Notes under the pieces: model-generated | The model's database searches: none | What the model saw: the letters and a program-made list of their open reading frames with translations, nothing else | Told to the model about the DNA's origin: nothing | Shown here: one piece after another, positions 41,592-52,106 of the stretch | Layout: every line of letters starts with the position of its first letter | How positions within the stretch are numbered: position 1 is the first letter of the stretch | Virus record (IMG/VR): IMGVR_UViG_3300048672_000219 | Span: 19,455-83,454 of that record | DNA: 64,000 bases | Reading direction: 5' to 3' (one strand) | DNA from: a virus | Program-made: the position numbers and the translations under genes

Positions 41592-43094
41592 ATGGCCGCT
41601 AAAAAGAAGCCTCCGCAGGATAAAACGGCTGCATTAGCGGCTGATGAGGGTGCGGTGATTCCACGGATTAGCTTAGGCGAGAGTGGTTTTACAGGTTTAC
41701 GCACCATTTGGGGAAAAGTAATTGATGATCCCCAACGAGCTTTCCGGCATCCTTATTTCTTGCGTACATGCCAAGAAATGCGTAATGATGCTGTAATTGC
41801 TTCAGTATTTAATACATATCGAATGTTCTTGTCACGAGTTGACTGGAATGTTGTGGCTCCAATTGGTGCTACAGAAGAACAAAAAGAACGAGCTAAGTTT
41901 GTAGAGTCCTTGATGGATGATATGGAAATTAGTTGGGCAGCGTTTATCTCTGACGTTCTTGAGTATCTTCCTTATGGTTTTTCCGTACAAGAAAAAGTGT
42001 TCCGTCGTCGTCTGCACAAGAATGGTAGTCGATATAATGATGGTAAGATTGGACTGCGTAAGCTTTCCCCACGATCCCAAGACAGCATTCTTCGCTGGAC
42101 ATTCTCAGAAGATGGGCGAGAACTTCTAGGTTGCGAACAATCAATTTATCAAATGGAGCATGGTGCTCTGTTTATGGATCAAGCGAATGAACGTGGATTG
42201 ATTCCAATTAAGCGTGAAAAATTCCTGCTGTTTACAGCAGACGCTACAAAAGGTAATCCCACAGGTAACTCAATTCTAAAGGGCGTATATTTAGCCTATA
42301 AAGAAATGACGTTGCTGAAAGAACAAGAAATGGTAGGAATTGCGAAGGAAGCTGCTGGCCTTCCCCTTCTGCGCCTCCCTCCAGAGTTTATGGCAGATGA
42401 CGCTTCGGATGATAAGAAAGCTGTCTACAATGCTTGCAAAACTCTGCTTGACACAATGCAAGCTGGCACTAATAAGGGTATCATCTTCCCTACTAAAACT
42501 GACCCTGACTCTAAGAAGGATATGTTTGACATTAGCCTTCTGGAAAAGAAAGGTGTGCAGGGTGCAAATATTGACGCTGTTATTAAACGATATACAGACA
42601 ATATCCTAAGTGCTCTGAGTGTTGACGTTTTAAAAAGCGGTAACAATCAGCAAAGTTTCTCGTTGAATGATGGTGACACCTCTGTGTTGGCTATTGCGCT
42701 AAGTCATCGTACAAATGAGATTGCTGACGTACTGAATAAAGATTTGATTCCTCAGATTTTTGCCTTGAATGGTTGGACTGATGAAGTTCTTCCTAAATTC
42801 GTTCCGGGCGATATTTCTGCGCAGAGTCTTGAAGAATTGTCGAAATTCTTGCAGCGTACTGCTTCTGTAGGATTGCTGACCAAAGACTTACCTGTTCTGA
42901 ATAAGATTCGTACTGCTATGGGTGTTCAAGAGTTTCCTGATGACACTAAAGTAGAGGATTTGAATTTCACTATGGACAGCAGTAAATCAAGTGCAGGAAT
43001 GCAAGTTGGTAAATCTGGAAATGGAACAGCCAACATTGGTGGTGATAGTTCAAATCAAGATACTTCGGTTAACAACTCAGATAACAAAGCTTAA
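41592..43094 (+). CDS. portal protein
   Basis: 500 aa directly after TerL; YGFSVQEKV, GNPTGNSILKGVY and LNKDLIPQIFALNG motifs of Mu gp29/DUF935-like portals. Confidence 0.88.
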   Translation: MAAKKKPPQDKTAALAADEGAVIPRISLGESGFTGLRTIWGKVIDDPQRAFRHPYFLRTCQEMRNDAVIASVFNTYRMFLSRVDWNVVAPIGATEEQKERAKFVESLMDDMEISWAAFISDVLEYLPYGFSVQEKVFRRRLHKNGSRYNDGKIGLRKLSPRSQDSILRWTFSEDGRELLGCEQSIYQMEHGALFMDQANERGLIPIKREKFLLFTADATKGNPTGNSILKGVYLAYKEMTLLKEQEMVGIAKEAAGLPLLRLPPEFMADDASDDKKAVYNACKTLLDTMQAGTNKGIIFPTKTDPDSKKDMFDISLLEKKGVQGANIDAVIKRYTDNILSALSVDVLKSGNNQQSFSLNDGDTSVLAIALSHRTNEIADVLNKDLIPQIFALNGWTDEVLPKFVPGDISAQSLEELSKFLQRTASVGLLTKDLPVLNKIRTAMGVQEFPDDTKVEDLNFTMDSSKSSAGMQVGKSGNGTANIGGDSSNQDTSVNNSDNKA

Positions 43095-43102
43095 GGAGGA
43101 AA

Positions 43103-44185
43103 ATGGCATTTGTATATCACATCCATCTCCCAGAACAGTCGGGGGAATATGATAAGGGTTATATTGGGTTTACTGCAACAACTGTATCTGAAAGATTTAA
43201 AGAGCACGTTGCTCTGGCAGCCATTGCGGAAAATACCTACACATTACATAATGCGATTCGTAAACACGGTGATGCTCTTGTCGTGACCACTTTGGTAGAA
43301 GGCAGCAGCGAATATTGTCTAGATATAGAGTATAGGTTGCGACCATATCCAAATATCGGATGGAACATTGCCTGTGGTGGTTCTGCACCCATGTTAGGTA
43401 GAAAACATAGTGATGCAACACGTACCAAGATAAAAGCTATATTTACTCCAGAGCATATTAAGAAGATTTCTGATAGGCAAAAAGCTATACCTACTTGGTG
43501 CCGAGGTTCATCCGATAAAGCAGTATGGGCAACCGCTTCTGAAATTTTCAAATGCTACAACGCTAATAAGGATGTAGGTGCTGTTGTGATTGGAAGGGCG
43601 TTTGGTCTTTCAGAAAAGAAATTGGAAGCAATGCTAAAGAAATTTAAATCTGGGTGGGTTCCAGATAATGATGAGGATTGGAAGATTTGGTCTGAGGATA
43701 AACCGAAACTAGAAAAAATTTGGGATGATTCTCAAGGAAAACTTCAAGCTAAAGCTGCTGAAATTACACCAGAATTAAGGGCAGCGCGGTCAAAGGGAGC
43801 GTCAGGGCGAGTCTGGACTGAAGAGATGAAGGATGCTCTTATTTTACGAAATAAAGGTAAACGGCACACCGAAGAATCCAAGTTAAAAATTTCCAAATCA
43901 AAAATAGGTAAAAAACATACTGAAGAACAGATTCAAGCTAGGAAAGATCGACTAGCCAAGCAACCTTGGACTAATGCGGCTAAACCCTACTTTTGGACAA
44001 AAGCTGAAGACATACGACAATTCTTGTTAGCTGGAAAAACGCAAGCAGATATATTGAGGTTCTTTGGTCTAGACAGAAAGAGTGGTTCACTTGCTGTGAT
44101 AATTAAGAAAATAAAGTTTGGTTGGAATCCATCCGAGGATGAAGATTGGATTTCCTTCAAAGAAAATTATGCAAAGGAATCATAA
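43103..44185 (+). CDS. GIY-YIG homing endonuclease with NUMOD3 motifs
   Basis: FVYHI...GYIGFT...RFKEH...GWNIACGG; GRKHSDATRTKI and GKRHTEESKLKIS NUMOD3 repeats. Confidence 0.88.
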   Translation: MAFVYHIHLPEQSGEYDKGYIGFTATTVSERFKEHVALAAIAENTYTLHNAIRKHGDALVVTTLVEGSSEYCLDIEYRLRPYPNIGWNIACGGSAPMLGRKHSDATRTKIKAIFTPEHIKKISDRQKAIPTWCRGSSDKAVWATASEIFKCYNANKDVGAVVIGRAFGLSEKKLEAMLKKFKSGWVPDNDEDWKIWSEDKPKLEKIWDDSQGKLQAKAAEITPELRAARSKGASGRVWTEEMKDALILRNKGKRHTEESKLKISKSKIGKKHTEEQIQARKDRLAKQPWTNAAKPYFWTKAEDIRQFLLAGKTQADILRFFGLDRKSGSLAVIIKKIKFGWNPSEDEDWISFKENYAKES

Positions 44186-45033
44186 TGGCAAATCACAGTC
44201 TTTTACGACTTACCTCTAAAATATACAACACTCCACATCTAATTACAACCGATTCTTTCAATGTAATTTTGGATTACTTGGATAAACGTAATTCTGCAAC
44301 CTTTGAGATGCCAGATGAACCTGTAGAACTCCCTGAACAAGAAACTCCTTATAAAGACGGATTGGGTGTTTTGCAAGTATCTGGTAGTCTTACTTATCGC
44401 CCTGTTTACGGACTTTGCGGTGAAGTTGGCACGAGCTACACTTCTCTTGTTGAGCAAGTTGAATGTATGGTTGAAGCTGGTGTGAAAACTATCGTAATGT
44501 CCGTTGACTCTGGGGGTGGTGAGGCAGCACACGTTTTCGAGACAGCTAACGAAATTCGTCAGATGTGCTCTGACAACGGAATTCAACTAATTGGCTATGC
44601 TGATGTTTATGCCTGTTCGGCTGCCTATGCCCTGATTAGCATTTGTGACGAAGTGATTATAAATCCTTCTGCAACCGTTGGTTCGATAGGCTGCGTAATT
44701 GCGCTCACTGATTGCTCAAAAGCAATGGAACAAGCTGGTTTGAAACGAATCTTCATTACAAGTGGTGCAAATAAAGTTCCATTTGCAAATGACGGATCGT
44801 TCAAACAAGATTTCCTTGATGATCTTCAAACTCAAGTTAATCTACTCAATGACGAATTTGCTCAGTTTGTTTCTACTAATATCGGCGTGCCTGCTAAAGA
44901 TATTAAAGCACTTCAGGCTAAAACATTTAATGCAAAAGACGCTGTAGAAAAAGGGTTGGCAAACAAGATTATGACCAATAAACAATTTGAGTATTATGTA
45001 GCAAGTATCCACAAAGGAGTAATGAATGTCTGA
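44185..45033 (+). CDS. head maturation protease, S49 family
   Basis: VDSGGG; ACSAAYAL; VGSIG; ITSGANK; GLANKI. Confidence 0.9.
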   Translation: MANHSLLRLTSKIYNTPHLITTDSFNVILDYLDKRNSATFEMPDEPVELPEQETPYKDGLGVLQVSGSLTYRPVYGLCGEVGTSYTSLVEQVECMVEAGVKTIVMSVDSGGGEAAHVFETANEIRQMCSDNGIQLIGYADVYACSAAYALISICDEVIINPSATVGSIGCVIALTDCSKAMEQAGLKRIFITSGANKVPFANDGSFKQDFLDDLQTQVNLLNDEFAQFVSTNIGVPAKDIKALQAKTFNAKDAVEKGLANKIMTNKQFEYYVASIHKGVMNV

Positions 45034-45529
45034 AAATAATTCGATGCTGTCTCGCATCACAAAGAAGTTGGGGCTGTCTCCTGACGTTAACAAGGAAGAA
45101 AATATGACCACAGAAAACATTGTTGAGGCGGCAAGCGAGGTACAAGCCCTGCAAGCAGCTTTTAATCTGAAATCTGAAGAACTGGCAACGGCTCTGGCTA
45201 ATATTGCAACACTGCAAGCTACGATTGATGCTTATGCACAGAAAGAAGTTCAAGCTCAAGCTGACGCTCTAAAAGCAAAAATGGATGCTCGTATGTCCGC
45301 TATCAAAGCCAATCTCGGTGACGACAAAGCGGAAGCATTTATGGAAGCAACTAAAGGTCTGGATGATGCTGCTTTTGCTGCCATCACTTCAGCAATGGCA
45401 GGATCGCTTGCAGCCGAGGCGAAATCTGACATGTTTGTAGAAGTCGGCGTAGAAACTAAAGCAGAAGCTCCTGTTGAGGAAGAAAAAGCTCCCCTGCATT
45501 TCAAAAACTTTATTAAAAAGGGTAAATAA
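45026..45529 (+). CDS. scaffolding-like coiled-coil protein
   Basis: Ala/Glu/Lys-rich helical protein between the protease and capsid genes. Confidence 0.6.
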   Translation: MSENNSMLSRITKKLGLSPDVNKEENMTTENIVEAASEVQALQAAFNLKSEELATALANIATLQATIDAYAQKEVQAQADALKAKMDARMSAIKANLGDDKAEAFMEATKGLDDAAFAAITSAMAGSLAAEAKSDMFVEVGVETKAEAPVEEEKAPLHFKNFIKKGK

Positions 45530-45531
45530 AC

Positions 45532-46203
45532 ATGACTAAGCTCGCAAGTCGTTCATATAAACTGTCTGGTGTACTGGCCTTTGAAGAACTGCCAGAATAC
45601 GGCGTATGCCGTGAAAACGTTACTGTAGTTGTTCAATCAGGTATGGATGTTGGTGCTGTTGTTCAGCGTACTCTGGTTGGTGGCACTGGTACTGCTACGG
45701 CAGGCACTAACACTGGTAATCCTACCTTCAGCGCAATCACTGCCGCTTCGTATGCTCAAGTAGGTACTTACAAAGTTGTATTCACAGCAGCTACTGCTTT
45801 CAATATCTATAATCCTGCTGGTGCTCTGGTTGGTACTGGTGCCACTGGTACTGCCACTAATCCTGCCAATGCTGGTGGTCTGACCTTCACTATTACTGCT
45901 GGTGGTACTGCTGCTGTAGCTGGCGATTCCTTCACCATCGCTGTAACTGGTACTGTGAAATATGTTTGGGTTCAAGCTTCGATGGTATCCTCGCTGGATT
46001 CGGTGGTTGGTGTTGTTATCGAATCGGTTAAAGACGTTCCTTCGCTGGGCGCTGGCGACCAAACTCTGACTGTACTACTGCACGGCTGGTCTGGTGTGGT
46101 TGGTGCTTCGCTGCTGTACAAAGACGCTCTTTCGGCTTCGCAACAAGCTGTTGTGCAGGCCGCTCTGAAGGCTCGTCGTATTGTTACCCGCACCAAAGTT
46201 TAA
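45532..46203 (+). CDS. head decoration protein with a Gly/Thr/Ala-rich insert
   Basis: Immediately upstream of the MCP; strong codon bias; LTFTITAGGTAAVAGDSFTIAV insert. Confidence 0.7.
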   Translation: MTKLASRSYKLSGVLAFEELPEYGVCRENVTVVVQSGMDVGAVVQRTLVGGTGTATAGTNTGNPTFSAITAASYAQVGTYKVVFTAATAFNIYNPAGALVGTGATGTATNPANAGGLTFTITAGGTAAVAGDSFTIAVTGTVKYVWVQASMVSSLDSVVGVVIESVKDVPSLGAGDQTLTVLLHGWSGVVGASLLYKDALSASQQAVVQAALKARRIVTRTKV

Positions 46204-46254
46204 TATTTAAGAACAATAGGGAGCTTCGGCTCCCAACATCAATCACATAAAGGA

Positions 46255-47307
46255 ATGAAAATGGGTATGAATATTCGTGACTATTTTAATAGTTTTAAAA
46301 ATGCAGACTTCGTAGATGGTATTTCGCAGACCCCTCTGCAATACGGCTATGTAAATAGTCTGGACTTGTTTAACACTAAATCGACCAGCCAAACGGCAAT
46401 CATCTTCGATAAAGATTATACCACCACCACGCTGCTGCCGCAAGTTGTTCGTGGAACCAATGCTTCGACTCAAGGTAAAGAGCGCCAAGCTGATACCTTC
46501 GCACTGAAGCTGGCATACTTCAAACACGCTGACCGTCTGACCAACGAAGACATTCAAGGCTGGCGCGTTCCCGGCTCGACCGATGACGAAACTCTGGGTC
46601 GTGCAACTGCTGAGAAAATGACCGACATGCGTATGGCTGTCGATCAAACTAACGAATACATGAAGCTGCAAGCTCTGAAGGGTATCTTCAAAACCCCTGA
46701 CGGTCAAACTGTTGCAAACATGTTCTCGGAATTCGGTATTTCGCAAAACACCATCGACTTCGCTCTGGGTACTTCGACCACCAACGTTGACCAAAAGCTG
46801 CGCCAACTGAAATCGGGTATTGCTAAAAACGTTCAAAATGGTGGTGCTATCAGTGGTGTGAATACTCTGGTTGATCCAGTGTTCTTCGACAAACTGATTT
46901 CGCACAACAACATCAAAGACGCTTATCGTTACTACCTGAACAGCGGCGCTCAACTGCTGCGTGATGACCTGTCGGAATACATGAAATGGGGTATCATGGA
47001 TACGTTCTCGTTCCGTGGTGTGAACTTCATCTCGTATGACGCTACCTTCACTCTGCCAGATGGTACTTCGGAAGTGGCATTTGCGGATTCGACTGGTACT
47101 GCATTCCCTACCGGCGTTAAAGACCTGTTCCGTGGTTACAATGGCCCGTCGGCTAAGATCAGCGAAGCTAACCAGCCGGGGCAAGAACTGTTCGTCCGCA
47201 CCTATGTAGACCCGCGTGACGAATTCGTAGACTTTGAACTGGAAATGGCTCCACTGTACTTCTCCACCCGTCCTGCTGCTCTGTGGGCAGTGACTTCAAG
47301 CAACTAA
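46255..47307 (+). CDS. major capsid protein (lambda gpE-like)
   Basis: 350 aa with very strong codon bias; TNEYMKLQALKG, FDKLISH, YGPS-like YNGPS and PLYFSTRPAAL motifs. Confidence 0.9.
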   Translation: MKMGMNIRDYFNSFKNADFVDGISQTPLQYGYVNSLDLFNTKSTSQTAIIFDKDYTTTTLLPQVVRGTNASTQGKERQADTFALKLAYFKHADRLTNEDIQGWRVPGSTDDETLGRATAEKMTDMRMAVDQTNEYMKLQALKGIFKTPDGQTVANMFSEFGISQNTIDFALGTSTTNVDQKLRQLKSGIAKNVQNGGAISGVNTLVDPVFFDKLISHNNIKDAYRYYLNSGAQLLRDDLSEYMKWGIMDTFSFRGVNFISYDATFTLPDGTSEVAFADSTGTAFPTGVKDLFRGYNGPSAKISEANQPGQELFVRTYVDPRDEFVDFELEMAPLYFSTRPAALWAVTSSN

Positions 47308-47378
47308 TATTTAGTTTCTTTACTGTACAGCTTAGAAATAGGCTGTACTAATAAGGAAATTATTCAAGGGGAAAATAA

Positions 47379-49033
47379 ATGACAACAATTGATCCATCAA
47401 CTAATCTAGGTAAATTACGTCTTCGGTTGGGTGATTTCCTAGACATCCAGCAACTTCCTGATGCTGTGTACAATCAAGTAATCCTAGACCACACAGACGC
47501 AAATGGTAATGTCAATCTGAGAGAGTGTGCAATGTTGTGTGGAAGCTACATACTGGCCTCTTTAGCATTTTCTGTAAGAAGCAAGATGTCCATGCTAGAA
47601 GTATACGGTTCAGAAGCATTCAACAGCTATAAATCATACTTGATGATGGTGACTAAAGACCCATCATTCAATCAAGTAAGTCCTATTCCATACGTTGCCG
47701 GTGCTGATGACATTCATCCAATCCTGCAATTCAAAGATGATTGGGTCAATGCTTACAACAAGCCCACTTCAGATCAACGACTGCATAATCTTGCTTCTGG
47801 ACAGTTTGATCCATTTAGCGGGAGTTGGGTAAATGGCTAACTACAACACTCAATTCCAAAATGTTGTGGCATTCTTTATGAAGCGTTTTGGTGCAGATGC
47901 GACAATCATTATTGACGATGGCACAGGAACATATACAAATTCTGAGTATGTTCCCAATATTCAAAACATTTCTGTGAGAGTAATTCCTTTTGACTATATT
48001 AAAAAGTCAGAAGGGCTTACAACAGAGCATAACTCTCTTGTGCAAACAGGAGATAAGCAAGTGTTTATTCAGCCCACAGTGGCTGTACAAAATATTGATC
48101 CAGCTTACACTAAGCTTCAAATGGATGGCAAGCTGTGGAAGTTTGTAGCTATTAAGAACCTCAACCCAACAATGAATGACAGTGTACTGCTTGAGTGTTA
48201 TGTGAGGGTGTGATGGGTAAGTTTGCAGATCAACTCAGAAAAGAGATGGATGCAGAGTTGGAGAGAGTTAATAAAGAAATCCTGAACATAGTGGTAGACA
48301 CTTTTAATTTTGCTGTGAAAGCATCCCCTGTATATCCTATGGCTAAATACTCAAAGGGGGAGTTCATTAATTCTTGGTATCCTGCTGTAAATGGATTTGA
48401 CCACACTGTATCCGGTAATTATGACTCGTCTGGTTCGGGTAGTTTATCTCGTATTGCTGGCCTATTAAGCTCCAATGCTTTCTTAGGTAAAGACGCAATG
48501 GTTTCACTTTCAAACAGTGTTCCTTATGCACATAGGGTGGAATTCTTAGGTTGGCCTGAATGGCCTCGTGATATTAAAGCTTACGCTCCAATCCGACAGA
48601 CAATAAACTATTTCTACGCAAAACAAAATAAATAAGGAGAAGCATGACAATCCGTGAAGAATTGGAGTCTGTGCTTATTGCTTATTGCACAGCGAAAAGT
48701 ATTCCTCTATCTCTTGAAGGGGTTCCTTTCAAGAAGCCAGATGGAACTTATATTGAAGCTTTCATGCTTCCTTCAGTGACAATTAACCCTACAGTAGATA
48801 TGCGAAGAAAACGTATTCGTGGATTCTTCCAGATTAATTGTTATACGAAGGATGGTATTGGAAGTAAAGCTGTTGAAGCCCTAGCTGATGAAGTTGCAGC
48901 GTTATATCCAAGCTACGACAAATTAGCATTTCCAACAGTAAGTATAGAACAGCACCCTCAAACTGGTCAAGCTATTATTGATGGTGTTCACAGGTTTATC
49001 CCTGTTTCTGTCAAGTATCGTCAAGAGAGTTGA
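47379..49033 (+). CDS. head-tail joining genes (47379-47840 adaptor; 47833-48213 head closure; 48213-48635 neck; 48644-49033 tail terminator)
   Basis: Canonical order and sizes; LSNSVPYAHRVEFLGW (HK97 gp10-like); GFFQINCY...G.G...LADEVAALY (tail terminator-like). Confidence 0.7.
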
Positions 49034-49106
49034 CAGGCAGGATAAGGCATAGCTAAGGCTATGAAATTAGTCTCTTTGCAAAGACATTTAACATAAAGGA
49101 AATAAT

Positions 49107-49454
49107 ATGGCGACTATCGCTCAGACAACTGTATCTGGTGTGAAAGCACCTGTTGTAGTTACTAAAACAACTCTCACCTCGTCGGACACTTTCTCGTATT
49201 CGGCAGGCACTGGTCAAGTTCTGGAACTGACTAACGGCACGGCTGGTAGCCTGACTGTGAACATTGACGGTTCGGGTTCGACCACTATCCAGCCTGACGG
49301 TCTGGGTCAAACTGTAGACGTTTCGGCTGGCTTCAATATCGTTCTGGCAGCAGGTGTTACCAAAGCTGTTCCTCTGGATGCTATTAAAGTTTGGCTGAAT
49401 GGCACTATTGCTGTAACTGGTGGCACTGGTATTACTGCTAGCATCACTGTTTAA
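49107..49454 (+). CDS. small beta-rich virion protein
   Basis: Thr/Gly/Val-rich with highly expressed codon bias; directly upstream of the tail tube gene. Confidence 0.55.
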   Translation: MATIAQTTVSGVKAPVVVTKTTLTSSDTFSYSAGTGQVLELTNGTAGSLTVNIDGSGSTTIQPDGLGQTVDVSAGFNIVLAAGVTKAVPLDAIKVWLNGTIAVTGGTGITASITV

Positions 49455-49474
49455 TTTAATAAAGGAAAATAAAT

Positions 49475-49921
49475 ATGGCTTCACTTGCTCAAACATCGGC
49501 TACGACAATTCTCTCAGTTTCAACTACCTTGCCAGCTACCTATGACGCTACCGGCTTTCAAAATCTGACTTGGACTCCAATTGGGGAGATCGGGAGCCTC
49601 GGTACTTATGGCCTCAAGACCAATGTGGTTTCTTGGTTGCCGCTTGACACGGCCTTAAAATCTAAGCGAGGCGGCAGCCAAGACGCAGGTTCTATGCAAC
49701 TGCAAATTGCTCGCCACAACGGCACAGACATGACTAAATTGTCAGCAGCAAATAGCTCCCGTGCTTCAATTGCCTTTAAAGTTACGATGCCTGCGCTGAT
49801 CGGCGGTGCTGATTACTTTACTGGTATTGTAACCAGTTTTGAACAGAACGTGGGTAATGCTGACCAGATCATGCAAACGAACGTTGGCGTAGAACTGGAT
49901 AACTTCATCATCTACACGTAA
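49475..49921 (+). CDS. major tail tube protein
   Basis: PATYDATGF..LTWTPIGEI..LG..G...K..GS.DAGSMQL...YFTGIVTSF. Confidence 0.8.
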   Translation: MASLAQTSATTILSVSTTLPATYDATGFQNLTWTPIGEIGSLGTYGLKTNVVSWLPLDTALKSKRGGSQDAGSMQLQIARHNGTDMTKLSAANSSRASIAFKVTMPALIGGADYFTGIVTSFEQNVGNADQIMQTNVGVELDNFIIYT

Positions 49922-50033
49922 TCAAATTTGACAGAATTGTATCGTCATGATATAATTCTGTTTACTAGAGAGACACGTTGCGAAACGCTCTCTCTTAAAC
50001 TATTTAAAAATTAGATATTTTAAGAGAAGCGTT

Positions 50034-51167
50034 ATGGGAAGAAAGTTAACTCAAAAAGAATTTGTAGAACGTTGCAATAATAATCTTGATAAAAATCAAG
50101 ATGTATCTAAGTCCATATATGTGTCAGCACTATCTAAGGTTAAAGTTATTTGCAAAATTCACGGAGAGTATGAGTCTGTACCTGCAAAATTGATGGCAGG
50201 ACAGGGTTGCTTCCAGTGTGGCAGAGTTTCTACAGGATTGAAGAGACGAATTTCTGTTGAAGACTATTTTAACCGATGCAGAGAAGTCCATGGAAACAAT
50301 TATGATTACTCCGAAGTGAACTTCACATTGATAAGAGATAAAATACCAATAATTTGCAAAGCTTGTAATAACAAGTTTGTCATGCAAGCAGATGCCCACG
50401 CCAGAGGTCAAGGCTGTCCCCTATGTAATAAGGGTGCAGGATCAAGAGCTAGAAGGATACCCTGCGAAGATGTATTAAACAGGATAGAGGGTACATATGG
50501 CAATTTGTTAACTGTAACTGGTATTGAATATAAAAATGGTTTGGCGCACATAACAGGAAAATGTGAAAAACATGGATGTTGTTTCACAAAATCTTTAAAA
50601 CTGTTAATGAAGGCAAATCCTTGCACATCTTGTCAAGATGAGGTTAATGAGACAACCAGAAAGAAATACGAAAAGTTCTTTATAGAAAAGTCTACATTGG
50701 CGCACGAAGGCAGGTATTCGTATGAAAATTTAGGCTATATTAATAGGGTCACTCCTGTCGAAATATTCTGCAAATTGCATAATAAGACGTTTATTGAAAA
50801 ACCATCAAACCATATGGCAGGTGGTGGACATTGCCCAGATTGTGATCCCAGAGGAAGAAAGTGCCACATTTACATACTGGCTGCCGAAGGTATTACTAAG
50901 ATTGGAATAACAAGAAAAACCCCAAGTGCAAGATGTAAAACAATAAATAAAGAGTCTCCTTTCAAATTTAACGTTTGGAAATCTTATGTATTTGATACAG
51001 AAGAGATACCTGAAAATGTAGAGAGTCGAAGTTTACTATATTTCAGAAATTTGTACTCCAATCCAAAACTCCCGTTTGACGGATATACAGAATGCTTCTT
51101 TGATCTGCTACCTGAGATTGCAGACATGAAGATACAAGAGCTAATTGCTCAATATAATCACAACTAA
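50034..51167 (+). CDS. free-standing putative homing endonuclease (paralogue of 38807-39763)
   Basis: Same Zn repeats and IYIL...TKIGIT...FDGYTECF C-terminus; own promoter TTGACA-17-TATAAT at 49928-49956. Confidence 0.8.
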   Translation: MGRKLTQKEFVERCNNNLDKNQDVSKSIYVSALSKVKVICKIHGEYESVPAKLMAGQGCFQCGRVSTGLKRRISVEDYFNRCREVHGNNYDYSEVNFTLIRDKIPIICKACNNKFVMQADAHARGQGCPLCNKGAGSRARRIPCEDVLNRIEGTYGNLLTVTGIEYKNGLAHITGKCEKHGCCFTKSLKLLMKANPCTSCQDEVNETTRKKYEKFFIEKSTLAHEGRYSYENLGYINRVTPVEIFCKLHNKTFIEKPSNHMAGGGHCPDCDPRGRKCHIYILAAEGITKIGITRKTPSARCKTINKESPFKFNVWKSYVFDTEEIPENVESRSLLYFRNLYSNPKLPFDGYTECFFDLLPEIADMKIQELIAQYNHN

Positions 51168-51187
51168 CCAACATAAAGGAAATTAAA

Positions 51188-52104
51188 ATGGCCGATATTA
51201 AGAGCTTTGCACTGACCGACACCGCTGACTTCACTCTGAAACACCCAGACACCGGAGAGGAAATTCTGGGACATGACGATGAGAACGGAATTACCGTAAC
51301 GATTTTCGGTAAAACTTCTAAACCTTGGAAGAAAGTGATGGAAGCGTATCGTAAGAAGTCGCTGAATCCCCCTAAGCGTCCACCTACGGCAGAAGAAACC
51401 CGTCAAGAAAACATCAACTATTTCTGCGACATGACTAAGAGCATTTCTAACATGTCGTACAATGGCGAGCTGGTTGATACGCCAGAAAAGATTCGTGAAG
51501 TATATTCGGATGAGTCGCTGGACTGGATTGGTGTGCAACTGCAAGAAGCTATTGGGAGCGTTTCGCTTTTTTTGAAGCAATAACAGACGCCTTCACTCTA
51601 TGGGCGAGGCAACTCGCCTATTATGGTGCAACACCTTCTAACATGAAGGTGAGTCGTCTGGAAGCTATACGTGACCCAACAAAGCGAGTATTCACTAAAC
51701 AGGAGAACGTTGATAGCAACTTGCCTGACGACAATAAAACAAAAGCTACAACAATGGCTCCCCTAGAAGTTATTATGCCGGAAATTCCTCCTGCTTATAG
51801 CTATCTACGGGAGCTTTTTTATTCGTCTGGACAAGTGAGGGAAACTGGTCAAGGTATAGCAGCATTAACGTATGCTGAGATTGGAGAATGGCGCAAAGAG
51901 CTTGAGCTAGACTTATTTGTGTGGGAACGAGAAGTAATATATCACATGTCTCGTAACTATATCAATGAATATTATGCTGCCTCTGACCCTGCCCGTCCTG
52001 CTCCGTATATGGAAGAAATAGAACCCGAACAAGAAGATAAGATTGCAAAAGCTCTGGCAATCCGAGAGCAACTGAGAGCCTTTGGTAGAAAACAACAAGG
52101 ATAA
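51188..52104 (+). CDS. tail assembly chaperone (51188-51583) with a -1 frameshift extension to 52104
   Basis: LKHPDTGE motif; slippery T TTT TTG at 51568-51574; the -1 frame is open and continuous into ORF 51643-52104; upstream of the TMP. Confidence 0.85.
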
Positions 52105-52106
52105 AC

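Noticed and set aside
46243-47184. 313-aa antisense ORF over the major capsid gene, and similar antisense ORFs over the ligase, ClpP-like and TMP genes
   Set aside because: Shadow ORFs caused by strong codon bias on the coding strand; no RBS or protein motifs.
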